From an uncultured Holophagales bacterium (GTDB taxonomy: Bacteria > Acidobacteriota > Thermoanaerobaculia > Multivoradales > UBA5704): 64,000 bases of DNA. The stretch's first letter is position 1. Each line of letters starts with the position of its first letter. The notes under the pieces are model-generated. The model was not told the DNA's origin and did no database searches. It saw only the letters and a program-made list of their open reading frames with translations. Location of the stretch: contig CAWJGT010000003.1 of the NCBI GenBank assembly GCA_963842525.1, positions 1,888,001 to 1,952,000 on the forward strand. Direction: 5' to 3'. A program made the translations under genes and the position numbers. This document shows, in pieces, positions 19,007 to 27,898 of this stretch.

Positions 19007-19020
19007 AGGGCGTGCATCCG

Positions 19021-19056
19021 CGGACAGCACTGACATCCCTGACGACTCTGACATCT
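19021..19056 (+). promoter_or_regulatory. Four 9-bp direct repeats, candidate activator-binding site
   Basis: CGGACAGCA CTGACATCC CTGACGACT CTGACATCT at an exact 9-bp period, upstream of a -24/-12 element. Confidence 0.55.
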
Positions 19057-19096
19057 TCCCTGAATGGTCGTTCTTGCTTTCTTTTCTGCCTCTGAG

Positions 19097-19113
19097 TAGG
19101 CATGAGAGTTGCT
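19097..19113 (+). promoter_or_regulatory. Sigma54 (-24/-12) promoter
   Basis: TAGGCATGAGAGTTGCT: GG(19099-19100)-N10-GC(19111-19112), close to TGGCAC-N5-TTGCW. Confidence 0.75.
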
Positions 19114-19145
19114 CATTGCGAGTAGTAACAACCTAAGGAGAGATT

Positions 19146-19628
19146 ATGAGCAACTTCAACTTCCAACTCGGTTTCAACTGGCCCGCGACCCCTCAGAGCG
19201 GGGCGCTACCTCTCAAGTTGGCTCTTCAGACCTTCGACGGCACAACTCAGTCCGGCCCGAATTATAATTTCACGCCACAGTCAGATTATGTTTGCTTCAA
19301 TGCGCTTAACATGACTAGCGGTGCCAACATTAAAGACTATACCATCACCGGTGGTTCGATTACATTCAGCCCCGTGGGGTCGCAGCCGGCCGACTCTCCC
19401 TTCAACCTAACATCATTGCAGATCGGTGAGCTTGGACAAGCGATCGGAATGACGCAGTCGGATCCTACCTTGAATGGTTCGGGTCCGTACTGGGCTCCTG
19501 TTGTCCCACTTATGCAGGTGTACAACCCAGGAACTTACAGCTTTACCGTCACGCTGCTCGTTCAGAAAGGTTCTGCTCAACAAACCTTCGTGATCGACCC
19601 CGAGATGATTATCGAAAGTGCCGGCTGA
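19146..19628 (+). CDS. Small leaderless beta-rich hypothetical protein (C-terminal DPEMII; reminiscent of AidA/PixA or DP-EP proteins)
   Basis: SD TAAGGAG, lower GC than the flanks, GTYSFTVTL..FVIDPEMII; the family resemblance is inference. Confidence 0.75.
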   Translation: MSNFNFQLGFNWPATPQSGALPLKLALQTFDGTTQSGPNYNFTPQSDYVCFNALNMTSGANIKDYTITGGSITFSPVGSQPADSPFNLTSLQIGELGQAIGMTQSDPTLNGSGPYWAPVVPLMQVYNPGTYSFTVTLLVQKGSAQQTFVIDPEMIIESAG

Positions 19629-19631
19629 TGT

Positions 19632-21944
19632 TCAGGGATCCTTGTCGAGTCCCGCGATCAGGCGGTGATATCGGGCATCCGCACGGAGCCCCAGCAGCTC
19701 CGGGTCGTTCTTGACCTCCTCAACGGGCAGGTCGGCTCGCAGCGCCCGCTCGAGCGCTGCGAGCGCCTTCACACGCTGAGCGCAGACCTCATAGGCGACG
19801 GCCATACGGAACCGGGTGGTCGCTTCCTTGCCGGAGAGAGGTTCGAGCTTACCCAACTCCACCAACGCCTCGGCGAGGTCTCCGCGTTTGGCGAGGTACA
19901 GCGCCAAGCGGCTGCGGAGGGTCTGATCACCGGGCGTCGAGCGCAATTGTTCCTTGACGATTTGGATCGCCGTGAGGTACGCCTCGCGCGACCTTTCCTT
20001 CTTGTCCGGAGTCCAGCGGCATGCGTCGCCCAGATTGCCCCAGACCATGTAGTTGTTCGAGCCGCCCGGCATGTCGAGAGCCTTCTCGAAGGCCTCGACG
20101 GACTGTTGATAGAAGCCTTGAGAGAAATGGATCGTCCCGAGGTTGGCATAGAGAGTTGCATCGGATCGAATCTGGAGGGCCTTCTGGAACTGGGAGGCGG
20201 CCTCCGACAGATTCCCTTGCGTGTAATAGGCGACGCCGAGATTCCGGTACGCGATGAAACCGTCCGGAGCCAGCTCGATGCTCCGGCGGAAAGCCGCGAT
20301 GGCCTCATCCGCCCGGCCCATGCGCACGTAAAGCTTGCCGAGCCCATCGAAGTTCATCCTGTGAGGCTGGACCTCCGTCGCCTTCTTGAATGCCGCTTCC
20401 GCCTCTTTGAGCTTCCCCTGGGATTCGTGGATCCTGCCGCCGGCGTAGTAGGCATCGCCATTGGCCGGCTCGAGGACGAGAGCCCGTTCGATGTGCCGCA
20501 GGGCTTCATCGGGGCGCCCCGCGGATTCGAGCGCCAGTCCCAGGCTGACCTGCGCGGCGGCGAGATAGGGATCCAAGGTAACGGCGCGCTCCGCCATGGG
20601 TAAAGCCCGCTGCAGCCAGATCGGGTCCCGGCTGTCGCCTTGGAGCTTGAGCCAGTAGGCTTTCGCGAGCCCTGCATGAGCGGCCGCGTGTGTCTCGTCT
20701 TGGGCCAGGACCCTTTGGAAGCTGTCGATCGCGCGGTCAAGGTTCCCTTTTCTGTCGAACCGATCGAGATCGGCCAGCCCCTGTTGGTAGAGGGTATACG
20801 GCGTGGGCTGGACGAGCGGCGAGCTCAGCAGGTAGAAGGCGACGGTCGCCACGATCAAGAGGAGGGCGATCCCTGCCGCAGTGCGGATGCTGCGGCTGTG
20901 AGCTCTGTGCAGCGCACTCTCCTGGCCCGGCGGACCGTCCAACGACCGAGCAGGCTCGGCGGCGACATAGAGAGCGGCCGGCATGGGCTGACCGGCGGTG
21001 CTCGCGCGCGAGAACAGTGCCGGGGCCGGACCAGCCGGCGGCGCCTCGAAGATGGTCTTTTGATCGGACGGATCGACCTCACCGCGAGAGACCTGTGCTC
21101 CCGCCCAAGAGCCCGGTTGCGCTGCGGCAATCTGATCCAGCGCGACAGCCACTTCCACCGCGCTGCCCGGCCGATCGACCGGCTCCTTTTCCAGAAGCCG
21201 ATCGATCAGGTCCGAAAGCTCGTGCGGCACTCTGGGGCGGAGGCTCGACGCGGGTCGCTGCCGGAAGCTGCAGACGCGCGCGAGTGTGGCCGATGCGGTA
21301 TCGGCCCGAAAGGGTGCCACGCCGGTGACCATCTCGTAGAGAAGCGAGCCGAGGGAGAAGAGATCCGACCGGGCATCGAGGGGCAGCCCCATGGCCTGCT
21401 CGGGTGACATCGCGTAGGAGGTCCCGATGACCACGCCCGGCGCCGACAAGGTCGTCTCCTGCGCTTCGGGCTGGATCTGCTTGGCCACTCCGAAGTCGAG
21501 GATCTTGGCACGCCCGGCGAGGGTCACCATCACGTTGGGGGCCTTCAGATCCCGGTGGATGAAGCCGTGGGCATGCGCCTCGGCGAGCCCTTCGGCGATC
21601 TCGCGGCCCAGGCGCAGGGCATGCTGAGGATCCAGCGGACCTTCCCGCAGGAGCGCCTGGAGCGTCTGTCCGTCCACGAGCTCCATGACGATCCAGTCGC
21701 CTGCCTCCGTCTCTACGATGTCGTAGATGTGGACGATGGCTGGATGGTTCAGGTGCGCCACCGCTTCGGCCTCGCGGCGGAAGCGCTCCCTGCGGTTCGG
21801 ATCCTCGGTGGCAGCCGGGAGGATCTGCTTCAGGGCGACGGGGCGTTTCAGGCGTTCGTCCAAAGCGCGCCAGACGGCTCCCATGCCCCCGGATCCCAGG
21901 GGATCGATCAGACGGTACGGACCGATCTTCTCGTTGGACTGCAT
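19632..21944 (-). CDS. Hanks-type Ser/Thr kinase with TM helix and TPR repeats
   Basis: LGSGGMGAVW, VALK, HRDLKAPN, DFG, MSPEQ; TM AAGIALLLIVATVAFYLL; TPRs; ATG 21944 chosen as start. Confidence 0.93.
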   Translation of the reverse strand: MQSNEKIGPYRLIDPLGSGGMGAVWRALDERLKRPVALKQILPAATEDPNRRERFRREAEAVAHLNHPAIVHIYDIVETEAGDWIVMELVDGQTLQALLREGPLDPQHALRLGREIAEGLAEAHAHGFIHRDLKAPNVMVTLAGRAKILDFGVAKQIQPEAQETTLSAPGVVIGTSYAMSPEQAMGLPLDARSDLFSLGSLLYEMVTGVAPFRADTASATLARVCSFRQRPASSLRPRVPHELSDLIDRLLEKEPVDRPGSAVEVAVALDQIAAAQPGSWAGAQVSRGEVDPSDQKTIFEAPPAGPAPALFSRASTAGQPMPAALYVAAEPARSLDGPPGQESALHRAHSRSIRTAAGIALLLIVATVAFYLLSSPLVQPTPYTLYQQGLADLDRFDRKGNLDRAIDSFQRVLAQDETHAAAHAGLAKAYWLKLQGDSRDPIWLQRALPMAERAVTLDPYLAAAQVSLGLALESAGRPDEALRHIERALVLEPANGDAYYAGGRIHESQGKLKEAEAAFKKATEVQPHRMNFDGLGKLYVRMGRADEAIAAFRRSIELAPDGFIAYRNLGVAYYTQGNLSEAASQFQKALQIRSDATLYANLGTIHFSQGFYQQSVEAFEKALDMPGGSNNYMVWGNLGDACRWTPDKKERSREAYLTAIQIVKEQLRSTPGDQTLRSRLALYLAKRGDLAEALVELGKLEPLSGKEATTRFRMAVAYEVCAQRVKALAALERALRADLPVEEVKNDPELLGLRADARYHRLIAGLDKDP

Positions 21945-21963
21945 AGAGTGGAGCTGCTTGATT

Positions 21964-23598
21964 CTAACGCAAGGGCTGTGAAAAGGAAGGGCGGAGCCCA
22001 AGTTTCTTGATCCGCCTCTTCAGTCCCTCCGCCGAGACCTCGAGCTGTGCCGCCGCCTCGACCAGGCGGCCTCCGCTCCGCAGGAGCGCCTGCTCGATTT
22101 CGGGGCGCTCCAGGTCGGTGGCCTTGCGGGTACGGGAGCAGGCATCGATCAGGAGGTAGAGGGCGGCGCGTGAGATCCCGAGCTGCCCGGCCGCGGCCAC
22201 CGGCTCCCAGCGGTTCGCCCGCAGAGCCGCCACGAGCTCGTCGTCGGAGACCTCCTGGGGGCTGCGCCGGCGAGGGCCAGGCGCTCTCGGCGGCACGGTC
22301 TCCGGCGTGGGCAGGGCTCTGGCCGGCGGCCGGGTCTCGCCTGGGTACGGCACGAGGAGCCTCTCGATCTGCGAGCTGATGCGTACCTGGGCGGACCCGC
22401 GGCTCTCCACGGCGATGGAGCGGACGATATTGCGGAGCTGCCGGATGTTGCCGGGCCAGTCGAAGAGGGCCAGCCGGGCGACCAGAGAGGCGGGGAGCCA
22501 GGGCCGGCCCTCCGGGCCGGAGTCGGTGAGGCGGTGGGCCTCGCCCAGGGCTTCGAGCTCGCGGTGAAGGAAGTGGAGGAGCAGGCGCCCGATGTCGTCG
22601 CGGCGCTGGCGCAGAGGAGGAATGCGGATCTCATAGCCGCTCAGACGGTGGAGCAGGGGTGCGCGAAAGCGGCCGGAGGCGATGGCCGCCTCGAGATCGG
22701 AGTCGGTGGCCGCGATCGTCCGGACATCGACCCGCTGAATCTGCTCCGTCCCGACGGGCTGGATCTCGCCGTTTTCGAGTGCCCGGAGGAGGAGCGGCTG
22801 GACCTCCGGCGGGACCTCGCCGATCTCATCGAGGAAGAGAGTCCCGCCGTCGGCGCGGCTGAAATAGCCCCGCCGCTTCTGGTCGGCTCCGGTGTACGCC
22901 CCCTTGGCGGCTCCGAAAAGCTCCGATGCGGCGAGCGACGCTGGGATGGCACTCATATTGATGGCGAGATAGGGACGGTCGCGCCGCGCGCTCGCCTGGT
23001 GGATTGCCTGAGCCAGCAGCTCCTTGCCGGTGCCCGTCTCGCCGCGCAACAGCACCGGCACCTCCAGATCGGCGATCTGGCGGATCTGCTGGCGCAGCTC
23101 GAGTATCGGCTCGCTCTCGCCGATCAGGCCATAGCGAGGGAGGCCGGGCTCGATGACCGGCCGGAACCGGTGGAGGAGGAGGGCAACCCGGTTCGCCAGG
23201 AGGAGAACGACGCCGCGCTCGATCTCAGGATCGGTGAAGACCCGCTCGCCATGGATAGGCTCTCCTTCGGCGATCACGGAAATTGGTCTGTCCTGACAGG
23301 CCAGGCGGATTCCTCCAGCCGCTTCGGGCAGGAGGACCAGCGGGCGGCGGCTCAGGTGAGGATCTGCCAGGGGTTGCCGCCACGAGTCGCCGGGCTGGGC
23401 GAATGCGGGCTCGAGGCGCGACAGCCGCTCTTCACGGCCGGAGGACAGATCGAGAAGCGCAGCCCTCTCACCGACCCGCTGGATGTCGGGATGCGCCAGG
23501 ATCGTCAACCCGAGGACGGTGGGAGACGCCAGCTCATGCCGGCCGCTCCCTGAGCGGGTCTCGGCGTCCCGCCAGGGTTCACTTCTTTCGAAGGGCAC
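21964..23598 (-). CDS. Sigma54 enhancer-binding protein with two C-terminal HTH motifs
   Basis: GETGTGKE, ELFG..KGAYTGA, LFLDEIGE, WPGNIRQL; two Fis-like HTH segments; no receiver domain recognised. Confidence 0.93.
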   Translation of the reverse strand: MPFERSEPWRDAETRSGSGRHELASPTVLGLTILAHPDIQRVGERAALLDLSSGREERLSRLEPAFAQPGDSWRQPLADPHLSRRPLVLLPEAAGGIRLACQDRPISVIAEGEPIHGERVFTDPEIERGVVLLLANRVALLLHRFRPVIEPGLPRYGLIGESEPILELRQQIRQIADLEVPVLLRGETGTGKELLAQAIHQASARRDRPYLAINMSAIPASLAASELFGAAKGAYTGADQKRRGYFSRADGGTLFLDEIGEVPPEVQPLLLRALENGEIQPVGTEQIQRVDVRTIAATDSDLEAAIASGRFRAPLLHRLSGYEIRIPPLRQRRDDIGRLLLHFLHRELEALGEAHRLTDSGPEGRPWLPASLVARLALFDWPGNIRQLRNIVRSIAVESRGSAQVRISSQIERLLVPYPGETRPPARALPTPETVPPRAPGPRRRSPQEVSDDELVAALRANRWEPVAAAGQLGISRAALYLLIDACSRTRKATDLERPEIEQALLRSGGRLVEAAAQLEVSAEGLKRRIKKLGLRPSFSQPLR

Positions 23599-23630
23599 GC
23601 AACAAGTCTAACCGAGGGCTCGGAAAGACT

Positions 23631-26129
23631 CTACCAGGGCGGCGGCGTGCCCTCCGCCTCCGCCTCCACGTCCTCGCCCTCGCCGCCTTCGTCCTGTTCA
23701 GCCGCCGGCGGGGCCGGCTCCTCCTGCGGTCCGGGTTGGGACGGGGCGGCGCCCGGGGGGGCCGTCTTGCCGGGCATGTTCTCTCCCTCCTTGGGGATGT
23801 AGAACGCCTTCTGCTGGTACCAGGGGAGGCTGTTGATCGTCTGCCACTGGGAGCTGACCTCCTTGGCGGGCTCGGTGCCGGCGACGAAAGCCTCCTGGAT
23901 CGTCCTGCCACCGCCCTTGGCCAGCAGGCCGCTGTAGTACTCGATGTCCTTGAGCTGGACGCCCGGCGGCACCGGGAACGGCTCGTCCTTCTTCATCCAG
24001 CCGTTCTCGATCCCGTCCTCCGCGATCATCTTCCACATCGGCAGCGCAGCCACCGCGCCGCTCATCCCGTAGCCGAGCGGCTTCTTGGCGTCGTAACCGA
24101 TCCAGGTCAGGATCGTGTAGCGCGGCGTAAAGGCCACGAACCAGGCATCCGTGAAGTCGTTCGTCGTGCCGGTCTTGCCCGCGATGTTGATCGGCAGGCG
24201 CTTCAGCTCGTACGCCGTGCCGTGGTCGATCACGCCCTCCATCATGTGCGTCAGCACATAGGCGGTCTGCGGTGTCGTCGAGATGTAGGAGGCGGGGAAG
24301 TGCCGCTCCATCACGTGACCGTCCGGACCTGTCACCGTTTCGATCAGGTAGGGCTCGATGTGCGTGCCCAGGTTGGCGATCGTTGCATAGGCCGCGGCCA
24401 GCTCCATGGGCGTCAGGTCGGCCGCGCCCAGGGCGATGCTCGGATAGTTGGGCAGGCGCGAGCGGATGCCGCAGCGGTAGGAGAAGTCGATCACCCGCCG
24501 GCCGTTCACCAGGTCCCAGAGCTTGACCGCCGGGACGTTGATCGACTGCTCCAGCGCCCGCCGCAGGGTGACGATGCCGGCGTGCTTCTTGTAATAGTTC
24601 TCCGGCCGGTAGCTCATCCGGCCGTCGGCGCCCAGGAAATAGGTCGGCGCGTCGAGCAGCGTGTCAGACGGAGTCCACCCGGCCTCCAGGGCCGCGCCAT
24701 AGACGAAGGGCTTGAACGCCGAGCCCACCTGCCGGCGGGCCTGGGTGACGCGGTTGAACTTGTTGCGCTCGAAGTCCCAGCCGCCCACCATGGCGCGCAC
24801 CGCGCCGGTCTGGTTCTCGAGCACCACCGCAGAGGCCTCCATCCGGGGCTCCTGCTCCAGCATCAGACGGGGCGTGGCAGGCTGCGCCGGCGCATCGGCG
24901 GCCTTCTTGTCCCCCTTCTTCAGCTTCGGCTCCGGAACCTCGAGGCGGAACCAGGCGACCGCGCCGGGCTTGAGGACATCGTCCGGCTGCTTGCGGCGGG
25001 TCCAGGAGATCCCCTGGGCGTCGAGCGTGTAGACCTCGGACCCGATCTTCACCTGCGCGGTGGTCCGCCCGGATTCCAGCACGATTCCCTGATACCAGCG
25101 ACCCGGCACCGGCTTGCCGCTGCCCCAGGTGGGAAGCTGCTGTGAGGCCAGGTCCTCCGCCTTCAGGGTGGCGATGGGCCCGCGCCAGCCGCGCCGGTGG
25201 TCCATGCGCAGGAGCCAGCTCCGCACCGCCTTCTCGGCGGCGCGCTGGATCTGCGGATCGAGCGTGGTCCGCACCTGCAGGCCATCTTCGTAGAGGGCGG
25301 TCGCGCCGTACTTCCCTTCCAGGTACTTGCGGATGTCCTCGGCGAAGTAGGGGGCGGCCCTCTGCTCGGCCTGCTGCGTGGCCACCAGCAGCGGCTGGGC
25401 CAGGGCTTCCTCATACTTGGCCTGGCTGATGAACCGCTCCTCCAGCATCCGGCGCAGGGCGCGGTTGCGGTTCTTGAGCACCTGGTCGGGGGTGCGGTAC
25501 GGGCTGTAGCGGCTCGGCGCCGGGATGATGCCGACCAGGGTCGCCGCTTCGGCCAGAGTCAGCTTGGCGGCCGGCTTGCCGAAGTAATAGCGCGAGGCCG
25601 CCTCGACCCCGTAGTTGCCGTGGCCGATGTTGACCAGGTTCAGATAGAGGGTGAGGATCTGCTGCTTGCTGTAGTTCTTCTCCAGCTCGACCGCGACGAA
25701 GGCTTCCTCGATCTTGCGGCGCCAGGTGCGCTCGCGCGACAGGAACAGGCTGCGGGCGAGCTGCATGGTGATCGTCGAGGCGCCCTCGACCACCCGGCCG
25801 GCACGCAGATCGGTCAACGCCGCGCGCGCGACGCCCATGGCGTCGACCCCGCCATGATGGAAGAAGTTGCTGTCCTCGGAGGCGAGCACCGCTTGTTGGA
25901 GGATCGGCGGGATCTGCTCGGCCTTGAGCATCACCCGCCGTTCGCGGGCGAAGGTGGAGAAGACCGAGCCGTCCCGGGCGAAGAGCTGGGTCACCAGGCT
26001 GGGCGTGTAGCCGGCCAGCTTGGCATCGACGCGCGGCACGTGGATGGCGGCGGCCACGGCTACGCCGCCGATCGCGCCGACGAGCAGGGCGATGAGCACG
26101 GGCACGGTCCAGCGGATCAGGCGGCGCAT
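23631..26129 (-). CDS. Class A penicillin-binding protein (PBP1A family)
   Basis: EDSNFFHHGG, GASTITMQL, RKIEE, SAFK, SIN, KTGT; ATG 26129 chosen as start. Confidence 0.95.
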   Translation of the reverse strand: MRRLIRWTVPVLIALLVGAIGGVAVAAAIHVPRVDAKLAGYTPSLVTQLFARDGSVFSTFARERRVMLKAEQIPPILQQAVLASEDSNFFHHGGVDAMGVARAALTDLRAGRVVEGASTITMQLARSLFLSRERTWRRKIEEAFVAVELEKNYSKQQILTLYLNLVNIGHGNYGVEAASRYYFGKPAAKLTLAEAATLVGIIPAPSRYSPYRTPDQVLKNRNRALRRMLEERFISQAKYEEALAQPLLVATQQAEQRAAPYFAEDIRKYLEGKYGATALYEDGLQVRTTLDPQIQRAAEKAVRSWLLRMDHRRGWRGPIATLKAEDLASQQLPTWGSGKPVPGRWYQGIVLESGRTTAQVKIGSEVYTLDAQGISWTRRKQPDDVLKPGAVAWFRLEVPEPKLKKGDKKAADAPAQPATPRLMLEQEPRMEASAVVLENQTGAVRAMVGGWDFERNKFNRVTQARRQVGSAFKPFVYGAALEAGWTPSDTLLDAPTYFLGADGRMSYRPENYYKKHAGIVTLRRALEQSINVPAVKLWDLVNGRRVIDFSYRCGIRSRLPNYPSIALGAADLTPMELAAAYATIANLGTHIEPYLIETVTGPDGHVMERHFPASYISTTPQTAYVLTHMMEGVIDHGTAYELKRLPINIAGKTGTTNDFTDAWFVAFTPRYTILTWIGYDAKKPLGYGMSGAVAALPMWKMIAEDGIENGWMKKDEPFPVPPGVQLKDIEYYSGLLAKGGGRTIQEAFVAGTEPAKEVSSQWQTINSLPWYQQKAFYIPKEGENMPGKTAPPGAAPSQPGPQEEPAPPAAEQDEGGEGEDVEAEAEGTPPPW

Positions 26130-26250
26130 CGGACGCTGGGCGCCGGGCCGGGGCGGGGCGGAGGAACGGGCGGCGGACGGCGGATCGTATCTCACGGCTT
26201 CATTATAGAGGCGGTCTGGTGATACAACCTTGTCATTCCCGGAGGCGCGC

Positions 26251-26706
26251 ATGACCGAGCCCACCGTCCCCCCGCCGCCACCCCCCTCTCCCTTCCAGCC
26301 GGAGCCGATCCGGCCTGCCCGCGGCGGCTGTCCCAAGCCTCTGCTGATCGGCTGCCTGGCCGCCGTGCTCCTCGGCGGAATCGTCCTGCTGGGTGGCTTC
26401 TATTACCTGGCGAAGAACTACGGCAAGCTGATGGTCTGGTCCTTCGACCGCATCGAAGAGGGGACCAAGGCCGCTCTCCCGTCCGACCTGCCGGCGGACG
26501 AGCGCCAGCGCCTCGACGCGGCGTTCGTCGCGGCCCGCCGGGCTGTCGAGGCCAGCGTCAAGACGCCCGAGCAAGCGCAGCAGATCCAGCTCCAGATGAT
26601 GGACATCACCCGGATGAGCCAGGACGGCCGCGTGACGCGGGAGGAGGTCCGGCAGATGACCGAGGTCCTGGAGAAGATCGCGGGGACCGGGAGCGGCGGG
26701 ACGTAG
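26251..26706 (+). CDS. Hypothetical membrane-anchored protein
   Basis: Pro-rich start, GC..LLIGCL TM segment, helical remainder; host-like codon usage. Confidence 0.75.
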   Translation: MTEPTVPPPPPPSPFQPEPIRPARGGCPKPLLIGCLAAVLLGGIVLLGGFYYLAKNYGKLMVWSFDRIEEGTKAALPSDLPADERQRLDAAFVAARRAVEASVKTPEQAQQIQLQMMDITRMSQDGRVTREEVRQMTEVLEKIAGTGSGGT

Positions 26707-26720
26707 ACATGGGTCGGCCC

Positions 26721-27413
26721 GGCGCTGACTGCGGTCGGGACGATGGTGACAGCGCCCAGCGGCTGGCCGGCCGCGATCCGGATGACGCTGACCGCGTGGA
26801 GCGGCTTGCTGACTCCGGTCCGCGAGCTGCCGACCGCGATTTGACTCTCGTCGACCACGATCTGGATGGCGCCGGCAGCAGTCAGTGAGCCGCTGACCAC
26901 GAACACCGGGCCGTCGACCGGGGACAATGAGGCGCTGACCGCTGTCATCGCGACGCTGACCGCGGTCCGAGAGCCGTTGACCGCGGTCGACGCGACGTTG
27001 TATGCGAACATTTAAGCGCTGGCTTCGAACGAAAGGCCGCTGTACGCGGTCAGCGAGGCGCGGAACGCAGTCAGAGAGATGTTGACTGCTGTCAGCAAGC
27101 TGTTGACCGGGGTCCGAGAGCCATTGACCGCAGTCAGAGAGGTGTTGACCGTGGTCAGTGGGCCGTTGACCGCGGTCCATGCGATCCAGACTGCTGTCAG
27201 CGTGGCGCGGAACGCGAACAACGTGACCCTCATCGCGAACAACGAGCCGCTGACAGCAGTCCGCCCGCCTGCGGCCGCAGTCAACGGAACCCTGAACGCG
27301 GGCAACGCCACGCCCATCGCGAACAGCGGCATCTGAAGAGAATACGACGAGCCGCGACTCGCGGTCCGCCCATAGCCGAACGCAGCCAGTGCGACCCTGA
27401 TCGCGGACAATGA
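26721..27413. repeat. 33-unit degenerate 21-bp tandem array without indels (consensus near GCCGCTGACCGCGGTCAGCGA)
   Basis: Register holds at 26721+21k, e.g. GACGCTGACCGCGGTCCGAGA (26952), GCCGTTGACCGCGGTCGACGC (26973), GCCGTTGACCGCGGTCCATGC (27162). Confidence 0.92.
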
Positions 27414-27487
27414 GGGCTCGAACGGAGTGGAGGGACGTAGGGATTTCGGCTCTGCCGATGTACGATCTCGTCGAGAGGAGCCAGGAA

Positions 27488-27727
27488 ATGGTCAGGAGCT
27501 ACACAGCCCGGTACACGAAGATCGAGAGTGGATACCTGGGCCAGCTCATCGAATGGCCGGAGGTGGTTACGGAAGGGGCGGACATTGAAGACTGCCGCTC
27601 GATGCTGCGGGATGCCCTCCACGAGATGATCCTCGCCTACCGGCAGCAGAGCAGGGAGATCCCCATCGGAAACGACCTCTTCGAGCCGGTCAGCGTCGAT
27701 CTGGATCATGTCCGTCAAACGGCGTGA
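27488..27727 (+). CDS. hicB: HicB-family antitoxin (short form)
   Basis: YTARYTKIESGYLGQLIEWPEVVTEGADIEDC..LRDAL. Confidence 0.85.
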   Translation: MVRSYTARYTKIESGYLGQLIEWPEVVTEGADIEDCRSMLRDALHEMILAYRQQSREIPIGNDLFEPVSVDLDHVRQTA

Positions 27728-27896
27728 CCTGATCAAGTACCTGGAGGAAAACGGCTTCCACCTCCTCCGGGAGGGGGCCAACCACTCCATCTACACCGAC
27801 AAATCGACGACCATCCCCGTCAAACGACACCGGACACTTGACCGCATTACGGCGAACGAGATCTGCAAGCAGGCCGGGCTTCGGCCCAAGTTCTGA
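27708..27896 (+). CDS. hicA: HicA-family toxin
   Basis: KRRDLIKYLEENGF..REGANHSIY..IPVKRH..ICKQAG. Confidence 0.9.
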   Translation: MSVKRRDLIKYLEENGFHLLREGANHSIYTDKSTTIPVKRHRTLDRITANEICKQAGLRPKF

Positions 27897-27898
27897 CG

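Noticed and set aside
26233-27180. 315-aa DRGQR-repeat ORF as a real gene
   Set aside because: The conserved G/C positions fall on first codon bases in this frame, which suppresses stops automatically; it also runs antisense over a better gene
26721-27413. CRISPR array
   Set aside because: No constant repeat alternating with unique spacers, the period is only 21 bp, and no cas genes are present
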